Origin: Vulcanimicrobiaceae bacterium
Lineage (GTDB): Bacteria; Vulcanimicrobiota; Vulcanimicrobiia; Vulcanimicrobiales; Vulcanimicrobiaceae
Direction of reading: 5' to 3'
Assembly (NCBI GenBank): GCA_036265225.1
Contig: DATAPM010000188.1
Location: 1-35,293 of the forward strand
DNA: 35,293 bases
Shown here: positions 35,087 through 35,293 of the stretch, in pieces
Numbering within the stretch: the stretch's first letter is position 1
Layout: the number at the start of each line of letters is the position of its first letter
The notes under the pieces: model-generated
Databases searched by the model: none
What the model was told of the DNA's origin: nothing
What the model saw: the letters and a program-made list of their open reading frames with translations, nothing else
Program-made: the position numbers and the translations under genes

Positions 35087-35293
35087 ATGTTCCTATTGAT
35101 TGCCGCGCTCGTCGCGGTTGCTCCGTCGCCTTCGCCGACTCCCTCGGCGGTTCCCGAAATTGCCCACGTGGTTACCAGCGATCGCAGCCTCGAGTCGGTC
35201 ACGCGGACCGCGCGCACGACCTACGTCGTAACCGCTTCGGAGATCGCACGCGACGGCAACCGTACCGTCGCCGATGCCCTCGAAACGATTCCC
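35087..35293 (+). CDS. TonB-dependent outer-membrane receptor (BtuB-like), 5' part only; continues beyond the window
   Basis: Not in the ORF track because it is open-ended. Translation: MFLLIAALVAVAPSPSPTPSAVPEIAHVVTSDRSLESVTRTARTTYVVTASEIARDGNRTVADALETIP. This gives a signal peptide, a TonB-box-like HVVTSDR, and the start of the plug domain (V-V-T-x-x-E-I...D-A-L-x-x-I-P). It lies directly downstream of the cobalamin riboswitch. Confidence 0.8.
   Translation, partial: MFLLIAALVAVAPSPSPTPSAVPEIAHVVTSDRSLESVTRTARTTYVVTASEIARDGNRTVADALETIP

Noticed and set aside
1-35293. Search for mobile elements, CRISPR arrays, tRNA/rRNA genes, toxin-antitoxin pairs or known phage-defence genes
   Set aside because: I recognised no transposase, integrase or recombinase motifs, no terminal inverted repeats, no regularly spaced repeats, no tRNA-like cloverleaf candidates in the few intergenic gaps, and no nuclease/ATPase defence-type architectures. 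Absence is judged by eye only.

Overview
This is a visibly GC-rich, very tightly packed bacterial chromosomal segment. An outer-membrane efflux factor, a TonB-dependent receptor and lipoproteins indicate a diderm organism, but I cannot assign taxonomy from sequence alone.

Gene order, left to right:
- The 3' part of an AcrB-type RND pump gene (cut by the window edge) plus a NodT/OprM-type outer-membrane lipoprotein.
- An AAE-family (AspT/YidE/YbjL-type) transporter, then a long (912 aa) fold-I Orn/Lys/Arg-type PLP decarboxylase.
- A secreted protein built from two internal repeats, followed by the only clear intrinsic terminator in the window.
- A translationally coupled pair of uncharacterised membrane proteins (DUF4239-like and DUF1345-like).
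- On the minus strand, a beta-propeller-like lipoprotein and a group II (DDC-type) PLP decarboxylase, head-to-head with an aldo/keto reductase-RidA pair.
- A periplasmic TPR protein trailing a complete 14-gene nuoA-N complex I operon (minus strand, 14859-28876).
- A small lipoprotein, a CPA1 Na+/H+ antiporter, and a divergent K+-channel-like gene.
- A coupled minus-strand trio: BtuF-like binding protein, HflX GTPase and trypsin-like protease.
- At the right edge on the plus strand, a cobalamin riboswitch in front of a 5'-partial TonB-dependent (BtuB-like) receptor. The ORF track does not list this receptor.

I saw no CRISPR array, transposase, integrase, rRNA or tRNA.

The nuo region is ordinary core genome. 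The most unusual gene contexts are:
- the AAE transporter paired with a fold-I decarboxylase;
- the DUF4239/DUF1345 pair;
- the btuF-like/hflX/protease operon;
- the riboswitch overlapping a divergent gene's promoter region.

All family assignments rest on motif recognition by eye. No searches were run.
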